Positions 1 through 13,057 of a DNA stretch of 64,000 bases are shown piece by piece. This DNA is from Balamuthia mandrillaris (taxonomy: Eukaryota): positions 372,001-436,000 of the forward strand of contig JAVKOQ020000009.1 in NCBI GenBank assembly GCA_031835245.2, written 5' to 3'. The notes below the pieces were generated by a model, which had not been told where the DNA came from, did no database searches, and worked only from the letters and a program-made list of their open reading frames with translations. The translations under genes and the position numbers were made by a program. Each line of letters starts with the position of its first letter. Positions within the stretch are counted from its first letter, which is position 1.

Positions 1-517
1 ACCTAGAAGACTCGGTATAAATTTCCTGCTCTCCTTGTTGTAGTGTTATTCTCATCTCCTACGGTAAACAGGGGGCGGTCTGGGCGGGAGGCGTCCTACC
101 GAGCCTGGTCGTAGTGGGAGCGCACCTACAACTTCTGCTAGGTTTGTGACCTATTTGCACTTGCGTTTGTTTTTGGGTTTGGTTTGTGTGATTAATGTAC
201 GGGTTGGGATTGGGAATAGCAGGGAGCAGCATTCTGCCTTGGGTCGCCAGGGCAGCCGAGAGTCTGATAGGCATCGCAGCAGCAGCAGTAGTCGCCGTAG
301 TAGTTATGCTGATGACAGAGGCAGCCGAGGCAGCAGGCCCCGAGACAGAGACTATGATAGAGGCAGCTCTAGGAATTATGATAGAGATCGTGACAGGGAT
401 AGGCATCGTGACAGAAATAGAGACAGATCAAGAGACAGGTTCGGTGTTTGTTTTTGATGTTTTTTAATGCGCTCACGCAATTGATCTTGACTTTGCTATA
501 GACACTCTAGGCGGTAG
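1..517 (+). CDS. SNRNP70: 3' part of U1 snRNP 70 kDa protein (gene starts before the window)
   Basis: Splicing GT-AG introns 15-71, 142-219 and 439-501 gives PRRLGGGLGGRRP...RD/RS-rich tail...RDRHSRR*. PRRLGGGLGG follows the RRM in U1-70K and U11/U12-35K. The KKESGQLRFGG typical of 35K is absent, which favours U1-70K. Confidence 0.72.
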
Positions 518-1003
518 ACGAAGGATTAACCAGTCTTGCTCCGTGAAGCCTCGTTTCCTCTCTTTCTCAGCCTCTTTTTTTTTTAATATTTCTCATCGTT
601 TAGCGTGTGTTTCTACTGGATGGGGTGCTCTCATAAGGTCCACCTTAAAAAAACTAAGGGTAAGCTTCCCATCTGTCTTGCTCCCTGTCTTGGTTTCCCC
701 TCCTCTCCCTTCCTTTCCTGCTGCGCTGGTAAGTAATTTGGTGCGTTTAAAGAATATCTTCATGGCCGCCTCTGTGCATGTATGCCCCCATTCACCAAAT
801 TCTGCTTCACACAACGCCGTAAATGACCCCAATGTTTGCAACTGTCCCACCGTTCCCAAACCTTTTTTTTTCCTTACTCTATTATTTTCCCTAACAATAG
901 CGCCAACCATCTCACTTTGTCACCTATATACTCTCGCTTGCGGAAACACAAAAGAGCGGCAGACGTTTTTGTTCACCGCCGGGTATGGTTGGTTTGAGCG
1001 TTG

Positions 1004-3469
1004 CTAAACTTGGGAATCTTCGTTGCCGTTGTTGCTTGTGGTGTGCTGCTGCTGCTGTTGTTTGAGCTTCTTCCTTTGCTGCCGGATTAGTTTGGCTTGT
1101 TTGAGGTCGTATTTGCTTACTGTTTTTATGGATCCGCGCTTGGGAGGCTTCCGCTCCATTTCCTTCTTTTTTGATTTGCTACAGGCACACAACAGTAAGG
1201 CAATCGGTTGATGAGAGAGAGAAAGAGAGGTGGTTATTACCTCGGTTTCTTCAGGGCAAGCATCCACTCGGGCACAGGGCAACCAGAGTTTTTCATGATG
1301 TTGGCAATGCTTCGTAACATCTCAGCATCATTCTCAGTATAAAAGGTGATGGAGGAGCCTTCCTTGCCAGCACGCCCACTGCGGCCAATCCTGTGAATAT
1401 AGGTCTGGGAGTTTTGAGGGAAGTCATAATTGATGACACAACTCACAGCATGAAAGTCCATGCCTCGTGCCATTAGATCTGTTGTTATCAGAAACCATAT
1501 TTTGCCCATGCGAAACTTTTTGACAATGCCTTCTCTCTGTTACCAGATTGCAAAAGGTGTAAGGAGCGAAGATGCTAATTGCGTTAATGATTTTAAATAT
1601 ACCTTGGTTTGTGACTTATCTGCATGGATTACGTCAACATTCAGGTTATCATAGGCCAACTCTTGGAATAGCTCTTGTGCTCGCTCTTTTGACTGCACAA
1701 AGATCAACACTGGTGGTCTTATTCCCTGCAAATAAATGAGAGAGCTATCAATAAAAACACACATACTTGGATTTGTTTAGGGCCTACCTCCTGGATTATT
1801 TGTCGTAATGCTGCCAGTTTGTTCTCTTCTTTGCCAACAAATTTAAGCGTTTGTTTGATGGTAGTTGTTGCTGCGTTGCTGAAATAATTATAATAATAAA
1901 CGGAATGGAGGTGAGATAAAATACTGACAGAAAAGAAGAGAGCAACAAACCGCGCGCCAACAAAAATGTGGAGAGGATTGCGTAGAAAGCTCTGTGATAA
2001 CTCTTCAACTACTTGTGGCATGGTAGCAGTCCACAAAGAGCGCTGAATGTTCTCATTGTCACAAGCAGCAATGACTTGGTCAGCTTGCTCAACAAATCCC
2101 ATGTCAAACAAACGGTCCACTTCGTCCAGTACCAAATGTTCCACACTTACGAAAGAAGTTAGGAGCAAAAAGAGCAACACCGCGAGGGAGGGAGGAGGGA
2201 GGAGGGAGGGAGGGAGGGGAGGGAGGGAGGGAGGGAGGGAGGGAGGAGGAGGGAGGGGAGGGAGGGAGGAGGGAGGAGGGAGGAGGGAGGAGGAGGGAGG
2301 GAGGGGGAGGGAGGAGGAGGGGAGGGGAGGGAGGAGGGAGGGAGGGAGGAGGGAGGAGGGGAGGGAGGGAGGGAGTGTTGGAATGACAAATTGCTAACAG
2401 AGAAAGGTTTTAAGAAAACAAACCTGTGGAGCTGAATAGAATCCGTACGGATCATCTGTACGAGGCGCAAGGGCGTGGCCACGAGGATATCAAAGCGTTG
2501 AGTGGTTTGTGGGCCAAAGTGACTCTTAGTGGCGTTGGACTTGGTCAAGACAAAGGTACGGAGGGAAGAGCCGCGTGTAAGATGGAGGGCTTCGCGATAG
2601 ATCTGCTGGGCCAATTCTTTGGCGGGAACAAGGATGAGAGCACGGAAGCCAATTCCTTTTTTTCCTTCCTTGAGCTTGGCAAGGATAGGGAGGAGATAGC
2701 TAGCAGTCTTGCCAGAGCCGGTCGGGGCTACTGCCATTACTTCTCGCCCAGCCAAAAGCGAGGCGAGTGCCTGCCTTTGAATGGCAGTTGGCTCTTCATA
2801 GCCCACCTCTGCTGCTTTCTTGGCCACCCACATGCCTTCTTTTCCGAACCTGCTCTCCAGCTCCGCAAAGTCGTGGAGCGGTTCAGGAGGGTCGCTGCCT
2901 GTAACTTTAATGCGGTGCTGCCTACGGAAACGGCTTATTTCCTGATAGCGTTGTAGCTGTTCTTTCCGTCGCTTCCGCCCGCTTTCCTGCTTTTCTGCTT
3001 TGCGCTGCCCGTTTTCTTTGTCACCAGTCGTATCTACTTGGTCACATTCTTCCTCCTCTTGTGTTCTTTTACGCTTTTTCTCATTGGTAACCGGTGGCAA
3101 CCTGTGCTCGCTCTCCTCCTCCTCCGCTCCCTCTCCTTCATCCTGCAAACCAGAAGAAGTGCCTTGGTGGAAAAAATCAAGGCTTGTGCGCTGCATTCTT
3201 GTTGCTGCCTTTGCTGCTCCTATCGGAGAAGAATGGTCATGCTTGTTTCCCTGTGTTATTATGGTTAAAAGGGTAGGGTTCAAACGCCGTAAGAGAAGGC
3301 GAAAGAAACACCTACTTTCTCGAAAACTCCAATATCGCTGCCAAAGCGTTTACGATTGAAGCTAGCGCCTGGTGGCGCAGTGGCACAGCGTTAGTCACCT
3401 CTCTATGGGGAAGTAAATAAGCAGACGCGTACCTCCTTGCAGTGACCTAAAAAAATCGTCTGTGTCCAT
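1004..3469 (-). CDS. DDX52: DEAD-box RNA helicase DDX52/Rok1 (rRNA processing), 7 exons
   Basis: N-term [21 protein letters not shown]; motifs [62 protein letters not shown]-term [20 protein letters not shown]. Exons join through GT-AG introns. Confidence 0.93.
2184..2373 (+). repeat. (GGGA/GGA)n purine tract in a DDX52 intron
   Basis: About 190 nt of G/A only; pyrimidine-rich on the gene's sense strand. Confidence 0.95.
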
Positions 3470-3799
3470 TAGGATTGTGGACACAAGCAAGCCCTTCTTC
3501 CCTCCTCCTCTCCCTTCCTGCCTGGTGGTGGTTTTGTTTGGGGGGGTAAAGCGAAGCAGTCGACAGAAATTGCCACCAGCTAAAATAGCAGAGAAGGCAA
3601 AGTGTTGTCCTTTTTTTTCCCCACCAAATTGGGGGGGGGGGAGGAGGCCTATTGTCGACAATATTTACTTTCTTCTCTCTTTCTTTGTCTCTCTCGGAGC
3701 TCCGCTCCGAGTGGTCATGCACAAGTTTCAAGATAGCAACACAAGAATATGAATAGGTAATAAACATCGAAGAGAGGTAAGAAAGAAATATAAGCAAGC

Positions 3800-6700
3800 T
3801 CATGACTTTTTGCCAGGATGGATGGGATTGACGGAGGCGGCGGCTGCCGCGATGGCGGAAGAGGCAGACGAAGAAGGCAGGAGGGACGCATGGGCATGAG
3901 GAGAAGGCGCGTTGATGATGGCAATAGGGATGAGGTGCTCTTCTTGGAAGGAGTGAATGGTGGCCATCAAGGAGTGGTAAATATTTCCTGTCCTTGACTT
4001 GCTACTACTCTTTAAAGCTTCGTAGCTTTTCATAAGCCGTTCTGTCAGTTCCTTCAAGTGGCTGGCTGGCACAAATAACATTGTGCATTTTTTGTTCCAT
4101 CTGTTGGAGGGATTTTTTTTAACAATTTCGACAAGAATGAGCAGGAAAAGATTGCAGAGACAGAGAGAGAAAGAGAGAGAGAGAGAGAAAGAGAGGACGG
4201 AACAAAAAAACAACAGAAAAGGTAAAGAAAAAATACAGACCTCAATAAAGTTAGAATCATGAGGTGTGTATCGAGGAGGTCGGCATAGGTAAAGAGGCAA
4301 ATGGGATGAAAATCAGAAAGCTCTGAGTTGCGCTCCAGGGAGTGGGAAATGGAAGATGGTTTGGATAGCAGCTCACTCACGTCGCAAAAGGAGAGATGCT
4401 TGTAGCGTCTACGATATTTGTTGAGCAACTTGCCTTGCTTAGTCAACGGAGTGTGAAAAGGCATCAGTAGGGCATTCTTCTGACTATAGACGGCAACATC
4501 TACTGGCTTTTTGGGCACATTTAGAGATTGGCGAACCCGCCGTACAAGCCACTCCTTGTGTTCCTCCTCCTCTTGAAGAACGTGCTTATCACTGCTTGCG
4601 TTGTAGAAGCTAATGTAGCGCGGAATAGGTTTATCTTCTTGCTTCTACTCAGTGCAGATGAGCATCAAACGAAACCAAAGTCAGTATCTCTGTAATAATC
4701 TGAAAAGGAACAGGTTATAGGCGCTCGTACCGTTTCCAGTTGCAAGAAGTGGTGTAACGAGAAGGAGCGCATTATACAATCTTGGCCCAAGATAAGCTCC
4801 CAGGGAAACACCTGCAGAGCTTGGCTGCATACTAACATCTATGTAACAGACGAACAGGAACTTTTGGTTAAGCACCAATATGATTAAACAATTGCAAAAG
4901 ATTCAAGCCTACCATAGGAGAAGTGACGAGCACGGTTTCCTCTTTGGTGCCTTTGCCTTTGTCGTAGGAAGTTAACTTTTTCAGTTGCTTCGTAAGAAAA
5001 CCTCCGCTTGGTTTTGAAGAAGTGTCAACTGCAGTGGAGCCCTGCTTCTCTGGCACAGCTTGCGGGATTATTTCCAACAGGGAGGAGAACACCTGCCACC
5101 ATATGTACAAGTTAATTCAAGCCTTTTATACTCGAGGATGGAGAAGGAAACATTCAACGTACAGAATTAGCCATTTCCACAAGAGCAGTCTGGGCGCGAG
5201 CTGGTTGTCGTTCGGAGGCTTTAACAGGAAGCAGGAGAGAAGACAGGTATTCCACAACAGGGTCCGTGAGGAACACAGTACGATTGCCACGGAACAGGGA
5301 GTTGCCAGACGAGGACATCTCCGCGAGAGGAGGAGTAGGTCGGGCGGAGAAATAGAGGAAGAGTTGAAGAGGTTTCTCTGTTGTAGAATTGGCTAGCTCC
5401 TGAGGAGAGAAGCATTCAGAGACAGTGCTTCTCATGCGCTCAGTCAGGGGAACAAGGCTGGTACTGGCCGTGATGGCAGTTCTAACGGTCTGTTCACTGG
5501 TTACCGATAGCTTTTTCGCTAAGCAAGCACACTGATAAGCCAAGGAGGAAGCTGCGGTTGATCGTCCACTTAAGCCTAGGTTTTGAGCAGAGGTACTAAT
5601 GGCTGTGGAAGACATGGCAGAAGAAGAGCGAGTACGTCGGTGACCACGAACTTTAGAAGCAGGGCTTAAGTTGGAGCCTTGAGATGCAGAGCTTTGAAGT
5701 GGAGGAACAACAAAGCAATCTCCTGCTTGATGAAGTTCGCCAAACGTTTGTTCAGTGATTGATCCGCCAAAGAAGTCAAGCCATTGGGCCAATTCAACAT
5801 AAAAGTTCTGGGTTCTCTGCACAAAGTGGAACTTGGAATACAGCTTAGCATACGAAGTAAATGCTGGAGAAGAGAGCGGATTTGACCCTTTGGGACTTGG
5901 TGGGGGTCCTCCACTTCCAGAAGAAGATGAAGCAGAAGAGGGAGAAGAGGAGGAAAAGGAAGGAGAAGCGATGAGTAGCTCGTCCCCGCTACCGCTTCGG
6001 CCCCGCCCGTGGTCCGGTGAAGGGAGAGGGGAAGGAGAAGCAGAACCTGGCTCGCTGCCACCACCAATTTGGTTGCTCCATTCGTTACGGTTGCACAGAT
6101 AGGAAAGAACGGTGTCAAGAGTGGTGTAGGGTGTGACTTGAAAGGTAATGTGTTCCTCAGTGTTGTGCATGAGAGCCACCGAGAGATATTTGATGTTGTG
6201 ATCTTGTGCCTCAGTTGTTGCAGATGCTGCTAATTTGCTGCCAGCTTTTAGAGTGAGGGTTGGAAAGGAACCACCCAGAGAAATCTGTGGGCCATCCTTT
6301 TCGCTGCCGCTCTCGTTCTCGCTGCTGCTATTGCCACTAAGGCGCTTCTCTTTCAAAACCTGGCCAGCAGTACCACTTACTGCACCTGCCACAACAGGAG
6401 TAGGCAGGTTAGTGCTACTGCTGCCACTAGACGAGGAATGTGAGAGCTGCTGTTGGCTGATTGTTGTTGTCGCAGTATGCATAGGAGTACCCACACCAGT
6501 GGTATTATTGTTTATGAGGGGAGTAGTGGCCTGTGTGGAACTACCTCCTCCAGCGAGTCGGTGTATCCGCTTTTTGCCTGATTGAGGGACGTAGAAGATC
6601 ATGTAATCATCTAGCAGCAAGATATAGACCAACTGGTTCATGTCTAGGTTTCCTGGGGCTAAGGGGCGTGAAGCCAGCTCTGCAAAGGAATATTCGCTGC

Positions 6701-9700
6701 TTTTGGTTTCCTGCTCTTTCAAAAAGGTGGTCCGTATCCCCTCTCGCGGCGAGGCCAGGCCGGCTGAAGATTGAGAGAGCAACAGACGTAGGTCTCTTGT
6801 TGACACTCCCCCATAGAAGCTGCGAGGACTGCGCGAAAAATGAGGAACACGCCGTTGTGTACGGTAAGGATTCACTGCAAGCCCTCTTGGTGTTGTTCCT
6901 TTTTTTGTCCGTTGATGGCGCAAACGAATGGAATGCATTGTTCTGGCTAGCTTCCTGATGGTTGCTCGGTTTCTGCGTAACATCTCTTCCTGGGTGATTT
7001 GGCCAGCAGTGTACTTATTGATAAAATTCTTTATGCAGCGCAAGCACCCCCACACGTAGCTGGTGATACTGTCCGCACCTTGTCTTGCCTTTCCGGACTT
7101 ACTCCGAGGCAGAACTTGTTCTGTTGCTTTTTTGGGGCTTGAACCGGCCGCCTAAAAGGATAAAAGGGAGAAGCAACGCGTAAGAGGGCGTGTAGGAGGA
7201 GAAGGAGAGAACTTACAATAATAGCTGGTAGCCCTTCTCTATTTTCAAAGAGGAATTTGTGAGAACGAAAAACATCGGCAGCGGATTCACCGGTAGTTGA
7301 GGGAGAAAATAGGCTAGGTTGCTTATCCAAGATTTTGGTAGGGAGCCTAGATAGGGGCTGCAATTCTTTGCGTGTGCCTTCCGGGATCCCATCTGATGAT
7401 GGCATACTCGTGATAGGTCGCTTTAAAGCTTGTTCAAGTTCGATATGCAGCAGCAAATAAGCATCTATCAGCATCAGGTTTTTGTTGATGAGCTCGCTTT
7501 CGAAGCAAAACATGAAACGTAGAACCCGCTTCAGCAAATGCTGAAGCTTGCGCAGAAACTTAGGAGGGGCGCCCTGTAGAAGAACGTGAGGGCCGTCCAT
7601 AAATAAAAGTAGTAGACTGTGTGAAAGACGAAGAGTTAAGGGCGCAACAACAGGATTGCAACAGAAAGCGATCAAGCTAGAAAGCGAGAAAGGAAGAAAA
7701 GGAGGATCATAAAAGGATACTGATCTCGGCATTCTCGCCAGAAAGCTAAGCCTTCTGTTATTCTATCTTGAAGATAACGGAGCTCTGCCATGTTCATATA
7801 CCTGAAGAATATGAGAAAGGCAGCGCCGGTTAATGGTAGTTTCAAAAAACGGAAACAAAGAAACAGAAACAGAAAAAGAAAAACCACAAGCAAAATAGAG
7901 TACCCGGTTAGCATCAACATAACGTTGCAAGTCTCGGCGCAAATATCCAAGGAATACAGCGCAGGGTTTTCAATGCTTTCGAATGTGATAAATACATCTT
8001 CACTTTCTTCTTCGTCGCCAAAATCATCATCGTCCTCGTCGTCCCCTTCTGGGTCTTCGAGCTTACTTGGGAGGGATAAAGGTGCCTCTCCAAAGTCAAA
8101 GTCCTCCTCAAAATCTTCAGAACTACTGTCATCCGCGCTACTGTCACGCTTGCTAGGCTCTTCAGAAGCATGAACGGTGGTAGTGGCTGGAGCTGGATCT
8201 GGCGAGGATGTTTTGGGTTCAGGTACAGCCCGCTTGTTTTCTTCCTCTTCGGTGGCGTCCACTTTTGAGGCTATTGCAGAAACTTTAAAGACAGGTAATC
8301 TCGCCCGTTCCTCGTAGGGGAAGCGTAGGAGGGCAACCGGACCGAAAAGATAAGCGATGTATGTCTCTGCGATATGGGAAAGCACTTTGGCGAGTTGCAT
8401 ATCGTCGCCAGCGGCTTGGAAGTAATCGTAGGCCTTGTCGAATGTAGCCACAGCTTCCTGTAGCAAGTCACCGGCACAAGAAAACTCCATGCGCTGCAAG
8501 GGAGCACTGTAGGAGGAGGAGGATGACCTGGTAGATGAAGGTCCATAGGATGACGAAGCAGAAGAGAGGGATGAGGCAGGAGAGGAGCAGCTGAGGTTGT
8601 GAAGATGTCGGAGTTTCAAGTAGTTTTGTGTGTCCTCGTCCAGCTGTAATGGATCCAAAGAGGTAGGGAACGTCAGCTGCGGGTGGGAGCAGAGGGATTG
8701 CAAAATCTTTCCCCGTGTCAGAAAGTACTTTCCCAACATTCCAAGGCTCTGTCTAGGGCAAGTGTGTATGGCCATGTCGATACAAACAAGAGCTTCACAG
8801 AGAAGGGAGGAATGGTAATAGTTGCTGCCCCTGAGATACCAATAGCTACTACTGCTTCTAGCACCGATGCCATCAACTTCTGGCTCCACCCCGCCTGCAG
8901 AAGGAGTTCCCAGGTTGGCTAGTCGCTCCAATGAGCGGTTGCACTCAGGGAACCATTGCTTCATAATGTAGCTTTGGCACATGAGCTCTAGGGCTTGGCA
9001 CTGCTTCTCGTGTGGGAGTTCCTGCATTCGCAGCACATTTGACAAGAGTTGGATAGCTTGCTCTGGCTGTGCACTCTCCAAGAAGAACTGCGCCAGCTCG
9101 AGCTGCAATTTTAACTTTCGAGGATCAGAATGAGAGTCTTTTAGATTGTGCAAAGCTTGTGTAAGGTCTTCTTCCGCAGGAATGAACTGGCCGATCTCGG
9201 CATACTGTTTGCTTAACAGCTCTGACACGTAAATCATCTTAAAGAAAGGGACATTGGTTAATCACTTTACCTTTTAGGGATCCCGAGTTCTCTCTCTTTT
9301 TCTCTCTGTCTCCAACTTGCAAAATGGAAGTACGTACTTCATTGATTTTTTTCTCCTCAGTATACTTGGCAAGCATTTCTTTCAAGTACAAGAGGGCTCT
9401 CTTGTGGTCGTTGTGTACTCTAGCGATTTGTGCTAGTTGATTGAGCAGAGAGTAATACTCAGCTTTTTTGGAACGCAGGTAGTAGTTGGTGAGGGCGGCG
9501 TTGTGAGCCAAAATGGAGTAGGTGTATTTGAAGTTCTTGAGCGTGACACTGCCGTAAGCTTGCAAGGCATTAGTACCCAATTCTGAAACGATAGGTACCA
9601 AGCCCGGCACACCAGGAGGTGGGCATTGATCCAGTAGATAAATACTTTCGAAGAAGAGGCTTTCCGCTTTCTGAAAGTCTTGCTCCACGTTCATGTAGTG

Positions 9701-12478
9701 GTATCCCAGAACGTAGGCTGCTTTCGCTTTGTAAAATGGATGATTCATCGCAGGATATATCTCTTCTAGTCGTTTAATCCGTTCTTGGGGATCAGCCAAG
9801 TCGTTGGTCCCATCTACGCTGTCACCCGCGAGATCGGCTGACGGCGAGTCATCTGAAAATGCCAAGTTTGAACCCCTAATGCCTCCTCGTGGGGAAAACT
9901 CCGCTTTACCTTGATTTTTTCTCGCGGTGCTTGTTTGCCCTTCTTCTTCTGCTTCACTGCCGTAGTCTACTTCTGTATCTCCGTCTATATCCGCATACTC
10001 ATAATAATCTGCGTAGGTTTCCTCCTCTTCTTCCTCCTCCTCCTCCTTTTGGAATGTTGTAAGCGGTGATATGTAATTGAGGTGAAGATGGAGATCCATC
10101 AGTGCTAATCCTTGTAAGTCGTTGTGGTCTAGTCCCTTGCCACCACTTTGCAGCGTTGGTACACGTTGGTGGGTTTGTCTGGCTATCCTGTACACCTGAC
10201 AAAAGATGGTAAGCGGAGAGTCTTCCGCTTCGTTGCGCTTGCTTTTGTCATAGCCATGATGGCTATATGTCTCCGCCTGGTAAAGATTAACATTAGCATC
10301 AGTAAGTAAGTGAACAGTATAATAGCACAGCCGTATTTTACAGTAAGGGGAACCAAAAAAACAAGCGACACGGATTTAGTTTCTTTTCGAAACAACAGGA
10401 GTAAGAGCAATCCATACCTGAATCAAATGCAATAACTGTGCAGAATCAGGCACAAAAGAGCGGATGTAGGTATGCATTTTACAGTAGAGGTCATCCCGCT
10501 CTGGTGTCCACAACTTGTTCGCTAAGTGCAAGACTTGAAGAATGAAATCCATCTCTAATTATTTTTTTTTGAAAAATTGTCAGTTAACCATTAGACCGAA
10601 CAACACTTCTTGGCAACAGCTTTACCTTCACTGACTTCCATTTCCGAGGATGCTCCCTTCCGTGCGGAATAGGCATCAAAAAACTCAGTAACAGCTTTCC
10701 AACAGGCGCCAAGACTTCTTCGTAAATACATTGTTTGGCAAAAGTCAAGGTATAACCGTGCCCATTGCGGAGAAAACTTCAAAGATAAGTTAGCAAAACA
10801 ACCGAACGTGTTTGAGAAAAAAAAATGTGAATCACCTTTACAAGATATACAACACTTCCATAAAAGTCATTACAGAGCTCCTCAGCGGATGAGGTGTTGC
10901 TCTCTAGGTGCATTACAGGATGTTTTGTAATTAAGGTCTTCAACCATACTTCCAATTCCTCTTCGTGCAATCGTCGTTCGCCATCTTTCGTCCGCAGCGA
11001 GAACAGAAACGTAGGTTTAGGAAACCTAAAGAAAGTTTTTTTGGTTAAACCATGGTGTACCAAAGCAGACAGAGCTGCGTACTTTTTGATTTTAATGTTT
11101 TGGTCATCGTCCAGCAGTTTATAGCGTGCAGGTAGAATTTCGTCAGTTGCTTCGGCATTCTGAACATCCGATTCTTCGCTATCACGCATAAGACCTCCCA
11201 GACTAAGCCCTGCACCACCCATATCCTGAAAGCAATGGTAAATTGACCACCCACATCAGCTACAAGAACAGCAATAATAACAAACCAATTCAAAGTCTCC
11301 CCAATCTTCCTCCTCATCTTTGTCCCAGTCAGACTCAGATTCGGAGCTACTCTCTTCAAATTTTTTGCTTGTATCTAACTCTTGGACCTGTAGGAAGGGA
11401 GGGGGGAGGGAAGAGAGCGAGAGAGAGAGAGAGAGAGAGAGAGGAGCGATTTCCATCAGTGGAAACGAGAGAAACGAGGAGAGAAGAGAGAGAGGTTAGA
11501 GAGGGAGCTGATGATTCACGTCCGATCAATAGGGGTATAGACGCTTACAGAAGGTTTCTTTGCTAACAAAGAATCAATTTCTTGCAACAATTCTCTTGCT
11601 TTAGCCTCCTCCTCCCTGTTGGGACCCTTATCAAGAATGTTTGTCAACAAACGGGATGAAGGCATGATTATTTTAAAGAGCAGGACAAGTGGAGAATCCA
11701 AACCTGAACAAATATGGGAACGGCTTTGTTGAGCAGCTGCGATGCTAGTTCGAGAAGATCTAACGCCTTTAGAAGTTGGGCAATGGAAAAGCAAGTCTGG
11801 GCTATAGCCAGCCAATTGGTATTAGGGACAGAAATCTGGCTGCGTAGATGAGCTGCAAAGAAAGTGGCAGCTGCGATTGGTCTATCCTCTTTAGTTACAT
11901 GACCTAGTTCCCTATAAACTTGTCCTGCAAGTTCTTCGCCTTCTGCAAGCTTTTCCTGGTTGTTATAGTCGTAAGCATTGGTGGGCAAATGCGAGGGGGA
12001 CATTAGGTTGAATGTTTGCTTGCTGCTGTGTTTGTGTGATTATTTTGTTTGGCCACCTACCTTTTCTTTATTTAATAGTTCCAGGGCACGTTGAAGATGA
12101 GATTCCGCAGCAGGTAAGTCCTTCATCGAGTGAGCAACCTGTCCCATAAGGAGAAGAAGCTCTGCCTCTTGCCTAAGATGTAATGCATCACGTTAAGGAT
12201 AAAATCACGCAAAAGAAGGCAATTTGTGCAGTCAGTTTTTAAGGATATCTGCTTTTTTGGCTTGTTTCAGAACCTCCTGTGCCCGGCTGAGCAGTAACTG
12301 GGCTTCCTGCGCATTTCCCTCGAGTTTAAATAGCACCACAGCAAGATCTTTCAATGCCGCGAACTCTGCTAGCTTATCCTTGCCTTTGCGCTTGATTGCG
12401 ACCTCTAACTCTTGTTTTGTGGCCTGTGGTCTTGGGGAATCCGCTTTAAGGCAAGTAACCATTTAGCACTGCTCCAAA

Positions 12479-12521
<43 letters not shown>

Positions 12522-13057
12522 CAACGACGAGGAACGGAAAATGGAGACGAGGAAAGAACAGGAAAAGACAAATAACGATAAGAAAAGAGGCTGAGTACAA
12601 GGCTTGAGGGTAGTCAAATCGGAAGGAGGGACAAGTGAGTCAAGCAGTCCGCGTAAGTTGCCAGCCAATGAGGCGAGTGGAGTCTTGCCGTCACTGAGCG
12701 AAGCAGGCTGTGTGCCATGCCTATTTTTTTGGGAGGAAGGACCTATACGGGACCTATTGCGCGGTCGTATGAGGCTGCCCAGGTTTGCAATACTTGCAGT
12801 AAGGCGCGTATCTGCGTAAAAGAGAAAAGCCATAGAGGCAAAGTTATTAGCTGGCTGCTGGGGTAACAGTGCAAGACGGTCCACCACGTGCCTTCCTCTT
12901 CGTCACTACCCAAGTCAAAGTCCACGTCCCAGTTTTCTTCTTGGGCGGTAGGATCAGCTCGCAACCCAATGACCTGGAGAGGTCGCGGTATCTCCCCGTC
13001 CTCTTCCTCTAGATCAAAGTCTTCTCCCCAATCAACATCTTCTTCCTCCGATGACAT
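3800..13057 (-). CDS. Very large (roughly 2,500+ aa) uncharacterised TPR/alpha-solenoid protein with acidic W/F motifs, a possible ubiquitin-like segment and a C-terminal CHAT/separase-like region
   Basis: Exons join in frame from MSSEEEDVDWG (13057) to ...HPGKKS* (3800), using two U12 introns. TPR-like helices include AAESHLQRALELL, KAESLFFESIYLL and QEAVATFDKAYDYF. Exon ~4732-4838 encodes MLVCSQALQVFPWELIL. Confidence 0.82.
7617..7720 (-). other. U12-type (minor spliceosome) GT-AG intron
   Basis: Donor GTATCCTTTT, branch CCCTTAAC (7635-7642), acceptor CAG. Removal joins ...ECRD-H-LLLLFMDG in frame. Confidence 0.85.
12180..12248 (-). other. U12-type AT-AC intron (69 nt)
   Basis: Donor ATATCCTT, branch TCCTTAAC (12192-12199) ~12 nt before terminal AC. 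Removal skips an in-frame TGA and joins KKA-D-LRQEAELLL. Confidence 0.92.

Noticed and set aside
543..1007. ORFs 543-1007 (+) and 593-910 (-)
   Set aside because: No recognisable motifs; lies between convergent stop codons and is probably 3'UTR.
3366..3440. TGGCGCAGTGG resembling a tRNA 5' half or Pol III A-box
   Set aside because: No B-box/T-arm or cloverleaf; it is the antisense of the branch point and acceptor of DDX52 intron 1.
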